A stretch of 63,942 nucleotides of DNA, filler included, from Phoronis australis (lineage: Eukaryota > Animalia > Phoronida): assembly GCA_002633005.1 (NCBI GenBank). It is 4 parts of 4 records of this genome, joined end to end, with 100 filler letters (N's around TTAATTAATTAA, not from the genome) between each part and the next. Parts side by side here need not be neighbours in the genome. Positions count along the whole stretch, not along the records: positions 48,513 to 61,552 come from NMRA01001450.1; positions 61,653 to 63,942 come from NMRA01003753.1; 2 more parts are not named here. One strand, 5' to 3'. Under the pieces are notes generated by a model. That model did no database searches. It had not been told where the DNA came from and worked only from the letters and a program-made list of their open reading frames with translations. This document shows, piece by piece, positions 52,362 to 63,908 of this stretch. The translations under genes were made by a program, and so were the position numbers. Each line of letters starts with the position of its first letter. The first letter of the stretch is position 1.

Positions 52362-55300
52362 TTTTTTTTTCCATATTTTTATTCTGCTCTAGCATGATAA
52401 TTACAAGTCAAATCAAACAATATACTATACACCGTTTACAAAAAATAACATTAAATCATTACTCAACAAGTACCGTATTTCCTTCAGGATGTAATTTAAT
52501 AAAGTTTATGAACAATTGGAAATTAAGATTTTTTTTAACAAACTTTTGGCTAAATATGTAATTTTTTGCTAGCATGATCAGCAAATTAATATTACAATTT
52601 TCCGACTGAATGTTTCCCAAAAAACCAAAAAACACTGCTATCTTGTCCACATGAAAATTTACATGATATGTTTGTTTTAACCAGTCAGTAAACAGGAGCC
52701 AGAAAACGGAGACAAGACGACATTCCCAAAACAGATGGAGAAAAGTTTCACTGTGTTCACCACAGAAAGAGCATAAATCACTTGTTTTTATTTTAATTTT
52801 ATGTAAATAACTATTAGTTGGCAATATTCTGTGAATTAAGCGGTATTGAAACCAACGCAATTTTGTATCTTTTGTACAATTGAAGGGGAGTTTATTTACT
52901 TTTCTCCACCATGAATCAGAGTCACTAAAATTTACATTATTTATAACACCGTTTATATCTATCTCAGATGACCACTTGTTTTTATACTTACAAGCTGTCT
53001 GAAGTGACTGTACTAAGGTGTCATAAATATTTACCGCTTGTGATTTATTATGTAAAATTTTATACATATAATTTGGAAAATTTGGTAAAAAGATGTTGTC
53101 TTGTCTATTCTTAAGACCCCTGTACGCTGCAAAGGTTGCACTTCTTAATCCATAGAATTCTAGTATTGGAGGTTGAAAGTTATAACTATTACAGAGTTGT
53201 TCGTATGACATAAAAGAACCTTCAGCATTAAACAAATCACACACACGATAGATTCCCCTTTCATACCAGGTCTTGTAGAAAATAGATTTTTTACCAACTT
53301 TAATCTTTGAATTATACCACAGGGGAGAGTAAATAATATTTTCATTTTTGTCACACATTTGAAACAGGAGCACAACATCGCTTAAAACTTCCTTCCAGAA
53401 CATATTGTCGGTGCCTTCAGCTAATTTTTTAAGGAAAGCGTCTCCCATTTTAAAAAAGTTATCAACTTTACAACCCAAAACTGCCTCTGCAAGGTCACGT
53501 ATGGTATTTGAGGTGAATAGTTTACGAAGCCACGATATTTTCAAAGACTTAATAAAAAAACTAACATGAACCATTTTTAGACCACCATGATCCTGATTTT
53601 GTACAATTTCATTTCTGTTAACTCTATCATTCTTCCCATTCCAAATGAAGCCAAAAAAAACTCGCTCTAATTCTTGAATCATGTCAATGGAGGGGCTAGG
53701 GAGGGATTGAAGCAAATGAACAATCTTGGGCAATAAAAGTGTCTTAACCACGGTTATTTTACCTAAAACAGTAAGAATTCGTCTTGACCAAGAGCCCACC
53801 ATTTTCTTAATTTCCAAAAACCTGCAACTATAGTTAATACCCGGCATTGTATTATAATCAGTGGAGAAGTTAATTCCCAAAAACATGAAAGGTTTGTTGG
53901 TCCATAACAGGTTCTCATTGACACAAAGTTTTTCGTGAGAGTCTTTTTTTGAACCAATCCAAACACATCTTGTTTTCTCGATGTTTGGCTTCAAACCAGA
54001 AAATTTCGCAAATTGGTCAATTAAATTCAAAGATGATCTTAGAGATAACTCAGAACCGTCCAAAATCAAACAAGTGTCGTCAGCGTACTGGATCAATTTA
54101 AACTCAGAAACACCTATCCTGACACCAGTGATGCCACCATCCCGACGAATTAAATTACCCAATATTTCTACACATAATAAAAAAAGGTAAGGAGAAATGG
54201 GGTCTCCTTGACGACAGCCTCTCCCCATTTCAAAAAATTCAGAGAAAAATCCATGTTGGAGAACACAGAGACAAGATTTGTTGTAGAGTGTTTTGACCGT
54301 GTCAATGAACCTTGGGCCAAAGTTAAAGTATGATAATGCCTTGAGGATGAAAGACCAGGAGACCGAGTCGAAAGCTTTTTCAAAATCGATCATTAACAGG
54401 AGTCCGGGAAAGGGTTTACAGTCTAAAAATTGAATTACATCATATAAAATTCTTATGTTTTCCCCAATATATCTGCCTTTCATGAAACCTTGTTGGTTCT
54501 CGTGAATAAGGGGTCCGAGGACGCCTTTTAGGCGTCTAGCAATACAACCAGACAAAAGTTTGTAAGTAATATTCAATAGTGAAATTGGACGCCAATTTTT
54601 TATGAATTCTCTTGGTTTATTTTCTTTTGGTATTATTGAGATAATACCCTGTTTTTGCGATATAGATAATTCTCCTTTATTAATACCTTCTTTAAAAGAT
54701 CGGAACAAGTAATATTTAAGGTCTGGCCAAAAAAATTTAAAAAATTCTACAGTGAAACCATCTGGTCCAGGACTTTTGTTGTTTTTTAAATCTTTCAGAG
54801 TTGCATGAATTTCCTCCAAAGTGATAAATTTTTCAAGTTCGACTCGGTTCGACTGGTTCAATTTAGGCATTGGGCACGATGCCAAACGTTCATTTAAATT
54901 AACATCAACAAGGTCGCCGTCTTTACAGGAGTATAAATTTTTATAAAAAGAAGTAATCTCCGAGAGGATAGCGGATTGTTCCTTGATAACAGCGTTGTTG
55001 GAGCTTATTAGCTTAGTTACATTCTTATTTACAAAATTTCGTTTTTCTAATGCACAAAAATATTTGGTTGGTTTTTCGCCATTTTCAACCCAGTTGGCTC
55101 TCGATCTGACCATTACTCCATGCATGTATTCTCTGCGATAATCCTCATATTCTGACTTCTTATTTTCCAATAGAACAGCAATTTCAGGATCGTCACTCTC
55201 ATTGAACCTATCTTGTAAGGACATTAACTGTTCTTCCAAGTCTTTTCCTTTTCTATTTTTTTCTTTTTTCTGATAGATACAATACGGAATAGTTGCCGTT

Positions 55301-56705
55301 CGAATATTTAACAATAACGTCTCCAAAAACAATTGATCAGATATATAAAACTGAAGATTATTAGAGTCAATTGCTTGTATTTTGTTCAAATCGTATACTG
55401 GAAGAGCATATTGTTTTTTCGTACACAAAATCTCATTCTTGACGAGATTAATATATTCTTTGTCTTTTAGCAGTGAGTTATTAAATTTCCAAAACCCCGG
55501 TCCCTTTTTGAACGTAGTTAATTGTATAGTTAAGACGACGTTGTTATGGTCCGATCGGTAGCCCGACTGTATTTCCACCTTTTCGATACGCGAGAGTAAT
55601 TGTTGGGTAACAAGAAAATAATCTAACCTAGCCTTTTTAACTGGATTTGTCCTGGACCATGTAAACTTTTTCGCTGAGGGATGATAAACGCGCCATGGGT
55701 CCGTCAGATCAAGAGCCACCTTCATCTCCAGCATTTGGTCACGCGCTTTAGGGTTATTTACGGAGATATAATTATGACAATCAAGGTGAAAATCTTGGAC
55801 CAAATTAAAATCGCCACAAACAACAACAAAATCGTTATTGTAACTGGCGATTTTCTGTGAAATGTCATTAAAAAATTGAGGGCTATCTTTGTTTGGTCCA
55901 TAAATATTCACCAACACAATAGAAAAACAGTTATTTACTTCAAGCTCTAAAATTAGGAGATTTCCTGCAGTATCCGAAGTGAAAGATAGAACTTTAAATT
56001 CAAAATTACTATTAAATAAGATGGCAACACCCCTGGCATCACTTCGACCATGGCTGAAAAAACAGTCATATCCCCACTGAGCTCGAATTATGGGTTCTTC
56101 CGCAACAGTAAAGTGAGTATCTTGTAGGCAGAAAATACTGTACGCACGCTGCCTTATATAATGGAAAACATCTCGTCTTTTTGACAGAGTTCCTAGACCT
56201 CTACAGTTAAAAGACGCAATTTTTAAATTGTTCGCCATACAAAGATAATTAAGGCACTTCTAAACTCAACCATACAACATTGCTCATTAAATACAAAAAG
56301 AATCACATTGTGTGTTCTAAACATCCTAAAAACAACCGAAACCACAAGAACCCTAAACCAATATAAATAATTCATTTTTCTGATGAAACATTCAGTGAAA
56401 CATATCGACACTAAGTGTTCAACGGGTATAAGACACCATTTAGTTGCCCGTATGTATGTTACCGATTGTACTTTATTCATCAGAGACAACTCGTAAAGCG
56501 AATTGTGACCCATGCAATGAAACAACGCTAATCTAACAGCAAATGATAAAATGGTACTTGCACTACAAAGGCCAGAAGCAAAATATTCAAAAAATATGAA
56601 GACCTGGAAAAAAGGAAAGATAAACAAAACAAAAATAAAAGAAATAAGGCATCCGATAAAGGACATATTATTATATGTCTTCACCTTTCCAAATTATAAA
56701 AAATA
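52362..56705 (-). mobile_element. L1/Tx1-clade LINE, 5'-truncated (no ORF1), with poly(A) and TSD
   Basis: TSD CAGATACAGAA at 52351-52361 and 56706-56716; T9 at 52362-52370; AATAAA signal at 52378-52383. Confidence 0.9.
52459..56238 (-). CDS. LINE ORF2: APE endonuclease, reverse transcriptase and CCHC zinc knuckle, 1259 aa
   Basis: SFNCRGL, CLQDTH, GDFN, RLDYF, SDH; KSPGPDG, WRPISLL, IDFEKAFD, GCRQGDPISP, QYADD (54076-54087); CSFC..ETFLHLFWEC. Confidence 0.96.
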   Translation of the reverse strand: MANNLKIASFNCRGLGTLSKRRDVFHYIRQRAYSIFCLQDTHFTVAEEPIIRAQWGYDCFFSHGRSDARGVAILFNSNFEFKVLSFTSDTAGNLLILELEVNNCFSIVLVNIYGPNKDSPQFFNDISQKIASYNNDFVVVCGDFNLVQDFHLDCHNYISVNNPKARDQMLEMKVALDLTDPWRVYHPSAKKFTWSRTNPVKKARLDYFLVTQQLLSRIEKVEIQSGYRSDHNNVVLTIQLTTFKKGPGFWKFNNSLLKDKEYINLVKNEILCTKKQYALPVYDLNKIQAIDSNNLQFYISDQLFLETLLLNIRTATIPYCIYQKKEKNRKGKDLEEQLMSLQDRFNESDDPEIAVLLENKKSEYEDYRREYMHGVMVRSRANWVENGEKPTKYFCALEKRNFVNKNVTKLISSNNAVIKEQSAILSEITSFYKNLYSCKDGDLVDVNLNERLASCPMPKLNQSNRVELEKFITLEEIHATLKDLKNNKSPGPDGFTVEFFKFFWPDLKYYLFRSFKEGINKGELSISQKQGIISIIPKENKPREFIKNWRPISLLNITYKLLSGCIARRLKGVLGPLIHENQQGFMKGRYIGENIRILYDVIQFLDCKPFPGLLLMIDFEKAFDSVSWSFILKALSYFNFGPRFIDTVKTLYNKSCLCVLQHGFFSEFFEMGRGCRQGDPISPYLFLLCVEILGNLIRRDGGITGVRIGVSEFKLIQYADDTCLILDGSELSLRSSLNLIDQFAKFSGLKPNIEKTRCVWIGSKKDSHEKLCVNENLLWTNKPFMFLGINFSTDYNTMPGINYSCRFLEIKKMVGSWSRRILTVLGKITVVKTLLLPKIVHLLQSLPSPSIDMIQELERVFFGFIWNGKNDRVNRNEIVQNQDHGGLKMVHVSFFIKSLKISWLRKLFTSNTIRDLAEAVLGCKVDNFFKMGDAFLKKLAEGTDNMFWKEVLSDVVLLFQMCDKNENIIYSPLWYNSKIKVGKKSIFYKTWYERGIYRVCDLFNAEGSFMSYEQLCNSYNFQPPILEFYGLRSATFAAYRGLKNRQDNIFLPNFPNYMYKILHNKSQAVNIYDTLVQSLQTACKYKNKWSSEIDINGVINNVNFSDSDSWWRKVNKLPFNCTKDTKLRWFQYRLIHRILPTNSYLHKIKIKTSDLCSFCGEHSETFLHLFWECRLVSVFWLLFTDWLKQTYHVNFHVDKIAVFFGFLGNIQSENCNINLLIMLAKNYIFSQKFVKKNLNFQLFINFIKLHPEGNTVLVE

Positions 56706-56716
56706 CAGATACAGAA

Positions 56717-57640
56717 AATTTTGTACCAAGAGAGGTCGCAAATGGTGAGAATGGAACTCAACAACGGAAGCAAATGGATAACATCAGCTGCGCAAAAGAA
56801 CATCATAGTAATGTTATCAAGACCACAACTATGATTCAACCCATATGACATGTGTTTGTTCCACATAACTCAAAACCAAATTACAAATTTTAACTTTTCA
56901 CTAGTCATTCAAACCTTCACACCAAACTTCCAGTGGCTTGTTTACTGAAGAATTTGTGAAGCATCCTAAAAATATCATCATAATCGTGAAGATGAGTCAC
57001 TATCCAAAAACTTAGACACTGTAACTTGGTGGATGTATGACTGACCATAACAAGTGTTGTACTTGTTTAACATGCACAGGTTTTGTGTATTTTAGATAAC
57101 ACCATACCCTGGCCACCAGACCTCTCTGATCATGTACCAACAGACATCACAAATGGTGGGGATGAAACTCAGCAATGGAGGCAAATGGATAACATCAGCT
57201 GTGCACAAGAGCCTCATATTAATGGTATCAAGACCACAACTATGATTCAAGAACATTAATGACATGTGTTTGTTTTATACATTTCAGCACCAAAATATGA
57301 AATCTTAACTCATAACTGATCCCTCACAATAGTTTCACAAAAAACTGTTCCAGCTGCTTGTTCACTTAAGAATTTGTGAAGCATTCTAAAAATGTCCGCA
57401 CAATCATGAAGTTGAGAACATCTAGATTAGTAAATAAACGTTCATAAATAAAACAGAGGATGCATTGACTATTCTTTTTCTTTGTCATATTCTAAAAACT
57501 TTGCGACTGTAACTTAGTTGAATGCATGGCAGACCATAACACTTGTCGTCACTGTTTAGTATGATCAGATTTTGTGTATTTTAGATAACATTGTACCCTT
57601 GGCACCAGATGATCTTCGCGAACATGTTGTACCAAGAGAT
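56717..57640. repeat. Diverged tandem repeat of about 410-495 bp that received the L1 insertion; remaining piece at about 52325-52361
   Basis: TGTACCAA starts at 56722, 57133 and 57627; GCAAATGGATAACATCAGCTG occurs twice; TACCCTGGCCACCAGA occurs at 52339 and 57105. Confidence 0.8.
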
Positions 57641-57735
57641 GTTGTTCGTGTTGCTGATGAAATCCTCCACGAGAGACAACTGGATCCCATCAACCATGCA
57701 CTTGGACCCCAGATTATTGCCGGTACTGTTAACAG
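57581..57735 (-). CDS. Possible terminal exon of an unidentified gene
   Basis: VNSTGNNLGSKCMVDGIQLSLVEDFISNTNNISWYNMFAKIIWCQGYNVI*. GC content is raised and there is an in-register antisense shadow ORF, but the acceptor is weak and the family unrecognised. Confidence 0.3.
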
Positions 57736-58480
57736 CTATAATTCATCTTGGTACCGATAATTAGACACTTTACACAGTTTTTCATAAATTGATGTTTCAC
57801 TACTAATAAGATGCATTTCCATGTGGTGTGTGACTGAGTTAACCAGACCTTTATGTTCTCACAATTGACTAATTCTTCAACCGAAAGATTGGTTAAACGA
57901 CACCTGATAATAGATGTTAATGAGTTCAAATAGTTTGCATACTGCAAAAAGAAGCTTTGAAATGCATCAGATATTAAAAAATGTTAGTAGCTACATGTTT
58001 ACATAAACCTGATTCTACGACGGCACAAAAATAATTCCAAAACTGTCATACTTCTCCAGTTTTCAGTGGCAGATCACCTTGCTGTAAATAATGGGAGCTT
58101 TACCAAATGTTGTTTTGTCGCATTTACGTAGTGCAAACCAAAGTAATAAAGCATTAACATTTTTGTAATGTTTTGATGAAAATTTGACAAAGTAACATTT
58201 CATTTGCACGCCATATTATTCATTACATAGGCAAAGAATTACCGTACTATATAAAATATTCAAGCTCTGTACGAACTGTATTTATAATAGAATTTTAGAT
58301 TAATATTTGGAGGGCTGAATCTGAAAATAATTATTTTTGTCCAAAACTACGATTGCCTGCACTATGCGGACACGAACGTTAGTATGTAATAAGAAGTCAT
58401 TCCATGACTTCATCAGCTTACTTTGATCTTTTACAGGTAATGACGACGCAACGGAACTGGAGTATGAGACTGGAGCTATN

Positions 58481-58757
58481 CTAAGGCTTCTTCCGCAGTG
58501 TTAAAGGCTAAGTTTAACGATTCTTTTATGTGACCGAGCTCGTTCATAATCTCCATGTTAGACCTTTTCAACTCACTCTTTAATGATGGAAACCACTCTG
58601 GTTCATTCTCTGGCACTTCCTCGCCGTCTTTTGGTGCAGGAGATGATGTGGCTCTTTTTGTACGTCCCATTTCAAGCAGCAAGGTGAAGATAACTTTGAA
58701 AATTTACAGACTAGCAAAACGCACGTTTTGTGCTGGCGCCATTTTACCGGAAGATCA
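58481..58757 (-). mobile_element. Probable 5' end and ORF1 start of an L1/Tx1-type LINE, cut at a single-N join
   Basis: CTTCCGGTAAAATGGCG at the start (ETS/YY1-like, typical of L1 5' ends). MGRTKRATSSP...LKSELKRSNMEIMNELGHIKESLNLAF resembles a basic N-terminus plus coiled coil. Confidence 0.6.
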
Positions 58758-58951
58758 TTAACTATGTGCAATAAAAGTGGACCATTACTGTATGTACGAC
58801 CCAAGAAAAATGTCCAAAGACGAACCATAACTCCATAAAAGGGTAGCACATACTAGATATGCTGACACAACTAAATGGTGGACATGCAGTAGGATGCAAT
58901 TCTGTAATGTATCATTTTAATAAATGTAATAATTTCATTACTGTCACATAC

Positions 58952-59104
58952 CTAATTTACTTCCAGTCTGTGTGTCTTGATTGCGGCGTTTTTCTATCTC
59001 CAAAAGCAGAAAACCAATGGGGTTTAGGATGGCCAGAGATATGGGTGCTGCTAGATAGATGTATGGTATGAATTCTGGGTGAATCGCACGGTATATGGCG
59101 CGAA
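58952..59104 (-). CDS. GPR155: GPR155/LYCHOS second coding exon
   Basis: VRAIYRAIHPEFIPYIYLAAPISLAILNPIGFLLLEIEK; CAG acceptor, AG|GTATGT donor, phase matches the previous exon. Confidence 0.9.
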
Positions 59105-60325
59105 CTGCAACGAAGAATTAGAACCATGAATAGCAACAATGTGTAAACAGGCTATCACAATCAAATTACCTATTGATAAACAGCTTACATCTAAGCAGGA
59201 ATTTGAGCTTGAGATACTCAAAGCAAAGTTATCTATCCAATCAAAATTATACTGTGATGCTATTCTAGCAATATCTACATGTGTTGCATCATAGACTATA
59301 ATCTATGGTTGCATACAACTTTAAAACTTGTCTGTTGTCCAGAATAAATTGTACAATGTCAAAACAATGGCATCAGGGCATGTGATCATACAATGTAATT
59401 AGTACTGAACACTGAACATGATTTTTATCACAAACGTACCTTGAAGATAGATGTTACGGAATGCTATATCTCATTAAAACCGCGAATATTTAAATTTGTA
59501 GCAAGTGCCACTAAGTGACTTCCTGGAGAACTGTGTGTACAAGTTTAGTCAGGAAAGAAACAATTTGAAAATAAATTGCAGTTTTAAAGAAAATACAACT
59601 GATGCACTAAAAAAATTGAACAAAAATAACGCTGGTCATTCCAAATATCATGCAAACTTTACTTTATAGTGAAACAAACAAAAATTAAAAATTGTGACAT
59701 GTTTCATAAAAGGGTAACGATGAAATATTACCATGCTCATTTACATGAAAATAGTTTCGCAAAAAAGACTTTCGCAAGATTGTAATGGTAGCTGGTTCTC
59801 AGATGGTTAGCGCCACACCGGAAGACCCAGGGTTGTTTGTGAACTTTGCACTTTGTTTGCATATTCACAAATTAATGAGACAATACATCTTTAACTAAAG
59901 TTTAAATTATGAAATTTCACAAGCATAATAGTCACAATTATGTTATGTTCACAAAAGAATAAGCCCTTTAAGTTGAAACTCCATGTTCCTTTCAACAAAC
60001 TTTTTGACAGAGAGAGAGAGGTAATCCCAAATTCAGTAAAACCTCACCAGCTTAGGACACAGGCGAATTTTTATCTCATTTTTCCAAGTACATGATATAC
60101 ACTGTGCCTGATAGATGCCTTGTCACATCTAAGCTCTGAACCACAGCCACGTTGTACTTATAGAAAAGATTTTGAAAAATTGTGGGCATCTACAACAGCT
60201 TTGGAAACCCTTGAAAACTGATGTACAATTTTGGCAATCTTTGCCCGAAATTGGTTAGATTATACCATAATTTGTCATTTTTACTCTGCATATTAATTAG
60301 ATTACACTCTTTTAAAAGAACTTAC

Positions 60326-60740
60326 CTATGGGCAAGCCGATGGCAAAGTCATTACTTTGTGTTGTGAATATAGCAAACAAGGCAGCTTTGCCCAAATTCA
60401 GAGGCCTATGCACCAGCAGTGTGAGAAACAGAACAGTAGCGAATACACTGGCCTTAGCCAGAAATAGACTGCATAAAAACTTCCAGTTGACGGCGCTGAA
60501 GTCCAGTTCAATCATGTTGAGCAGCAGCAGAGCAGGAAGTGCGAACTTCGATACAAAGGTCGAGATACCCTTCGATTGAGTCTGTGTAACCATGCCGGTC
60601 CTTCCAGACAAGTAGCCGGCAAGAATTATGGCGAAAGCCTGTATAATGGCAGGATAGAGATTCTGGAAGATTTGATCTTGTGACGTCCCCCCTGATGAGC
60701 TGGAGGGAGTGGTGGCAGCGCTGCTGTTTCCTAACTCCAT
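60326..60740 (-). CDS. GPR155: GPR155/LYCHOS first coding exon (PIN-like transporter domain)
   Basis: LYPAIIQAFAIILAGY...FVSKFALPALL...AKASVF...FAIFTTQSNDFAIGLPI; ATG at 60740, GTAAGT donor. Confidence 0.93.
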
Positions 60741-61552
60741 CCTAACGGTAGCACGTGACACGTGACGATGTTTCAGTAAATAAGGTGTTTAATGTGATCA
60801 AGTAATTATAGCAAGGTACATTGTTATTGATTAAGTCAGATCTATTGACCTGTTGGTTGTCAGCTTTCAGATGTGGCCATGTTCATCAGGTTTAAAGTCT
60901 AAGTTATACAGCTTCAATCGCCTTCTTCACAATCACATCAGCAATAATCTGAAACATACAAAGTCACATGACAACAGTCACCAATTTATGGGTGCGGAAA
61001 CAAGATTAACATCAGACATCAGATTGTTAAAATCTCAGAAAATGTTCCATTATCATAGCTAACACTTCAAGACCAGATTGATGTCTTTCAACTTTACATG
61101 ACATAAAAAGAGAAATATACATAATTATATGCAAAGCTAGTCACATTTCCAACTGATTAAAAATCTTCCTGCATTACCAAAGCCGTAACTTGTACTGGTT
61201 GAACTTTCAGAGCTGCTACAACCCTGTCCTTCCTAAAAACTGACTAAACTACATAGTATTATACAGTTATGAAATTGGTCTCAAGTTGTCCCTTTCTTCA
61301 AATTAGATTAATTTATGAGGTCGATAAGAACTGATAGTTTATTATTGCTCAAGAACAGACTCAACAAATTGGTACATGTAGGTCAGGGGGTATTCTGTAC
61401 TGTGCATAGTGTAGTCTTAAAGAATCAAATTGTCAGTTTTTCCAGCCCACGAAAAACACTTCTCATCTGAAAGGAAACTGGTCTGCTATTTTTCATAATT
61501 TACAAACCGCTGCAACTAAAAAATTTCCAGGAAACAAATCTACTAGCATTTG

Positions 61553-61652
61553 NNNNNNNNNNNNNNNNNNNNNNNNNNNNNNNNNNNNNNNNNNNNTTAA
61601 TTAATTAANNNNNNNNNNNNNNNNNNNNNNNNNNNNNNNNNNNNNNNNNNNN
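61553..61652. other. Artificial scaffold gap linker
   Basis: N44-TTAATTAATTAA-N44. Confidence 0.97.
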
Positions 61653-61851
61653 TCTGTCAGTCATCTAAGTTCTTAACAGGTCCTCCTGGAGGCAATTTGT
61701 TTGCAAGTGTTGGATTTTATATTTTAACAGATTAAAAATAATTAAAAAATTATGGGTCATGGGTTGGAGAAATAAATGAAAAATACGGGCGGTGGGTACG
61801 AAATAAAAGTGCCTTCCCCCCCCTCCCATACAGATTTTGCTGGAACAGCCC
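61653..61851 (-). mobile_element. Harbinger-like MITE end, truncated by the gap; inverted near-copy of 62674-62872
   Basis: About 200-bp reverse-complement match ending GCTGGAACAGCCC. Confidence 0.8.
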
Positions 61852-61854
61852 TGA

Positions 61855-62378
61855 GGGCTGTTCCAGTAAAATCTGTATGGGAGGGGGGAAGGCACCTTTT
61901 TTTCGCACCCACCACTCACATTTTTCATTTATTTCTTCAGCCTACCACCCGTAATTTCTTTTGTTCTTGTGGTTGACTGCACAGGTGGTTGACTTTATCT
62001 GTTCCTCCATCACCACTAACGTAAGAAAACATATGTTTCTTATATATGGTTATTAGCCATCGAGAAATTCGAGCACTTGTGGTTAAATGGTGTTATGGGC
62101 ATGCTGATGAGGAGATCGGAGGGAGTGAAAAAGTCGGAGCTTTTTGCAAGTTGCATTTTTGTTTCAGTTTTTGATTCTGTGCGGATTGTTTATAAAATTT
62201 ACCAAAATTACCCACCATCAAACATTTATGGCCCCATGAAACAACAACTACCTGTAAATTTTTATTTTTTTGAAGTACGACCACCAGCCATTTTGAATTT
62301 AAATCAAACGCAACCACCCATAAATTTTTATTTCAGTTGCCTTCCCCCCCTCCCACACAGATTTTGCTGGAACAGCCC
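61855..62378. mobile_element. Harbinger-like MITE with TGA TSD
   Basis: TIRs GGGCTGTTCCAGTAAAATCTGTATGGGAGGGG / CCCCTCCCACACAGATTTTGCTGGAACAGCCC; TGA on both sides. Confidence 0.85.
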
Positions 62379-62673
62379 TGAGAGACGATTGCTGTTTACT
62401 CAGTGAATTGAAATGCAGACAAAACACAACTATGCCACCTCCCTGAATATGATGTGCTTGGACATGAAATTTACCAAGGACGAAGTCGTTGTCCCAACCT
62501 AATTATCTCTTAACTACAAATCAAAAAGAGATACTTTTAACCTTAATTAGCATTGTCCTTACTCCAGTTAACTCCTGTATGAAAAAACAACACCACTGAA
62601 GAAAATTGAACTGCACTTAAAAAAGCGCAAAAGCGTCAAAAAGACCAACACAAATGCAATCCAAATCTTCTTG

Positions 62674-63690
62674 GGGCTGTTCCAGCAAAATTTGTATGGG
62701 AGGGGGGGGGAAGGCACTTTTATTTCGTACCCACCGCCCATATTTTTCATTTATTTCTCCAACCCATGACCCATAATTTTTTAATTATTTTTAATAGGTT
62801 AAAATATAAAATCCAACACTTGCAAACAAATTGCCTCCAGGAGGACCTGTTAAGAACTTAGATGATTGACAGACAAGAACTAGTTGTCTTGTCCAACATT
62901 GTCAAAAATTAAAGTAGCCTGTGAACAATACTTTTGGCAGCCACCAGGTGTCTCTGTTCACCTGTGTCTTTAATTTCAATGAACATTTTTCCAATTATAA
63001 GGATCTATGAATCTCAAACTGTCTCCACAAACTCTTTTATACTTCTATGTCAAGTGAATATTGGAACACCAATATTGTCAAAAACTAAAGTAGCCTGTGA
63101 GCAATACTTTTGGCAGCCACCAGGTGTCTCTGTTCACCATGTGTTTATAATTTCAATTTACATTTTTTCAATTATAAGGATCTACGAATCTCAAACTGTC
63201 TCCACGAACTCTTTTATACTTCTATGTCGAGTGAATATCGGAACTTGTTTATCTTACTCCTCATACTTTTTATTTAAAAATCATCAATTTTCCTATATGT
63301 GTTAACACCAGTTTAGTGTTGCATAACTTTTCAATTGAATAGGACTGCAGACAAGCAGTTGGTTCAAATCAAGTTGCCCATGACTTGATTAATGGCTTAG
63401 TGAACATATTGCACTCTGTTCACTGGCAATATGGGCTTTTTTGTATTGGGATAAGTTAGGATATTTGCCAATTGCATTTTTTTGAGTTTTGATTTCTTTG
63501 AAGATGCGTTTGGCTGAAGTAACCATCCTGTCAACATTAACAGGTCAAAAAATACCACCCATTTTTAATGCATCACTTCTTACAGGAACGACCACCCATA
63601 AATTGAGTTTTTTTCTGAAGACCACCACCCATGAATTTTTATTTCTGCTGCCGTCCCCCCCCTCCCACACGGATTTTACTGGAACAGCCC
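62674..63690. mobile_element. Harbinger-like MITE of the same TIR family, with an internal duplication of about 177 bp
   Basis: GGGCTGTTCCAG...CTGGAACAGCCC; flanks TTG/TTA; duplication at about 62895-63245. Confidence 0.8.
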
Positions 63691-63807
63691 TTAGTAAAAG
63701 GGCACAAAACTCATGTTTTCAATATAAGCACACACATATTTTGGAACTTATGTGCGGATGGATAAGTAATCACAATAAATAAACAATACAATGTTGTCGG
63801 ACTATAC

Positions 63808-63908
63808 CTGACCGTATGTTCCCTGAAACAACACCGGACCATCGCATCCATACTTTTCCAGAAATAACTGACTGAATGACCTGACGTCTCCCTCTGGATC
63901 AACAACTC
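63808..63908 (-). CDS. FAF2: FAS-associated factor 2 (UBXD8) internal exon
   Basis: VVDPEGDVRSFSQLFLEKYGCDGPVLFQGTYGQ resembles the recalled human VTDPVGDIVSFMHSFEEKYGRAHPVFYQGTYSQ; CAG/GTATAG boundaries. Confidence 0.85.

Noticed and set aside
52362-58757. One full-length L1 joining the ORF1 fragment to ORF2
   Set aside because: The TSD closes the ORF2 copy at 56705, and unrelated DNA plus a single-N join separate the two pieces.
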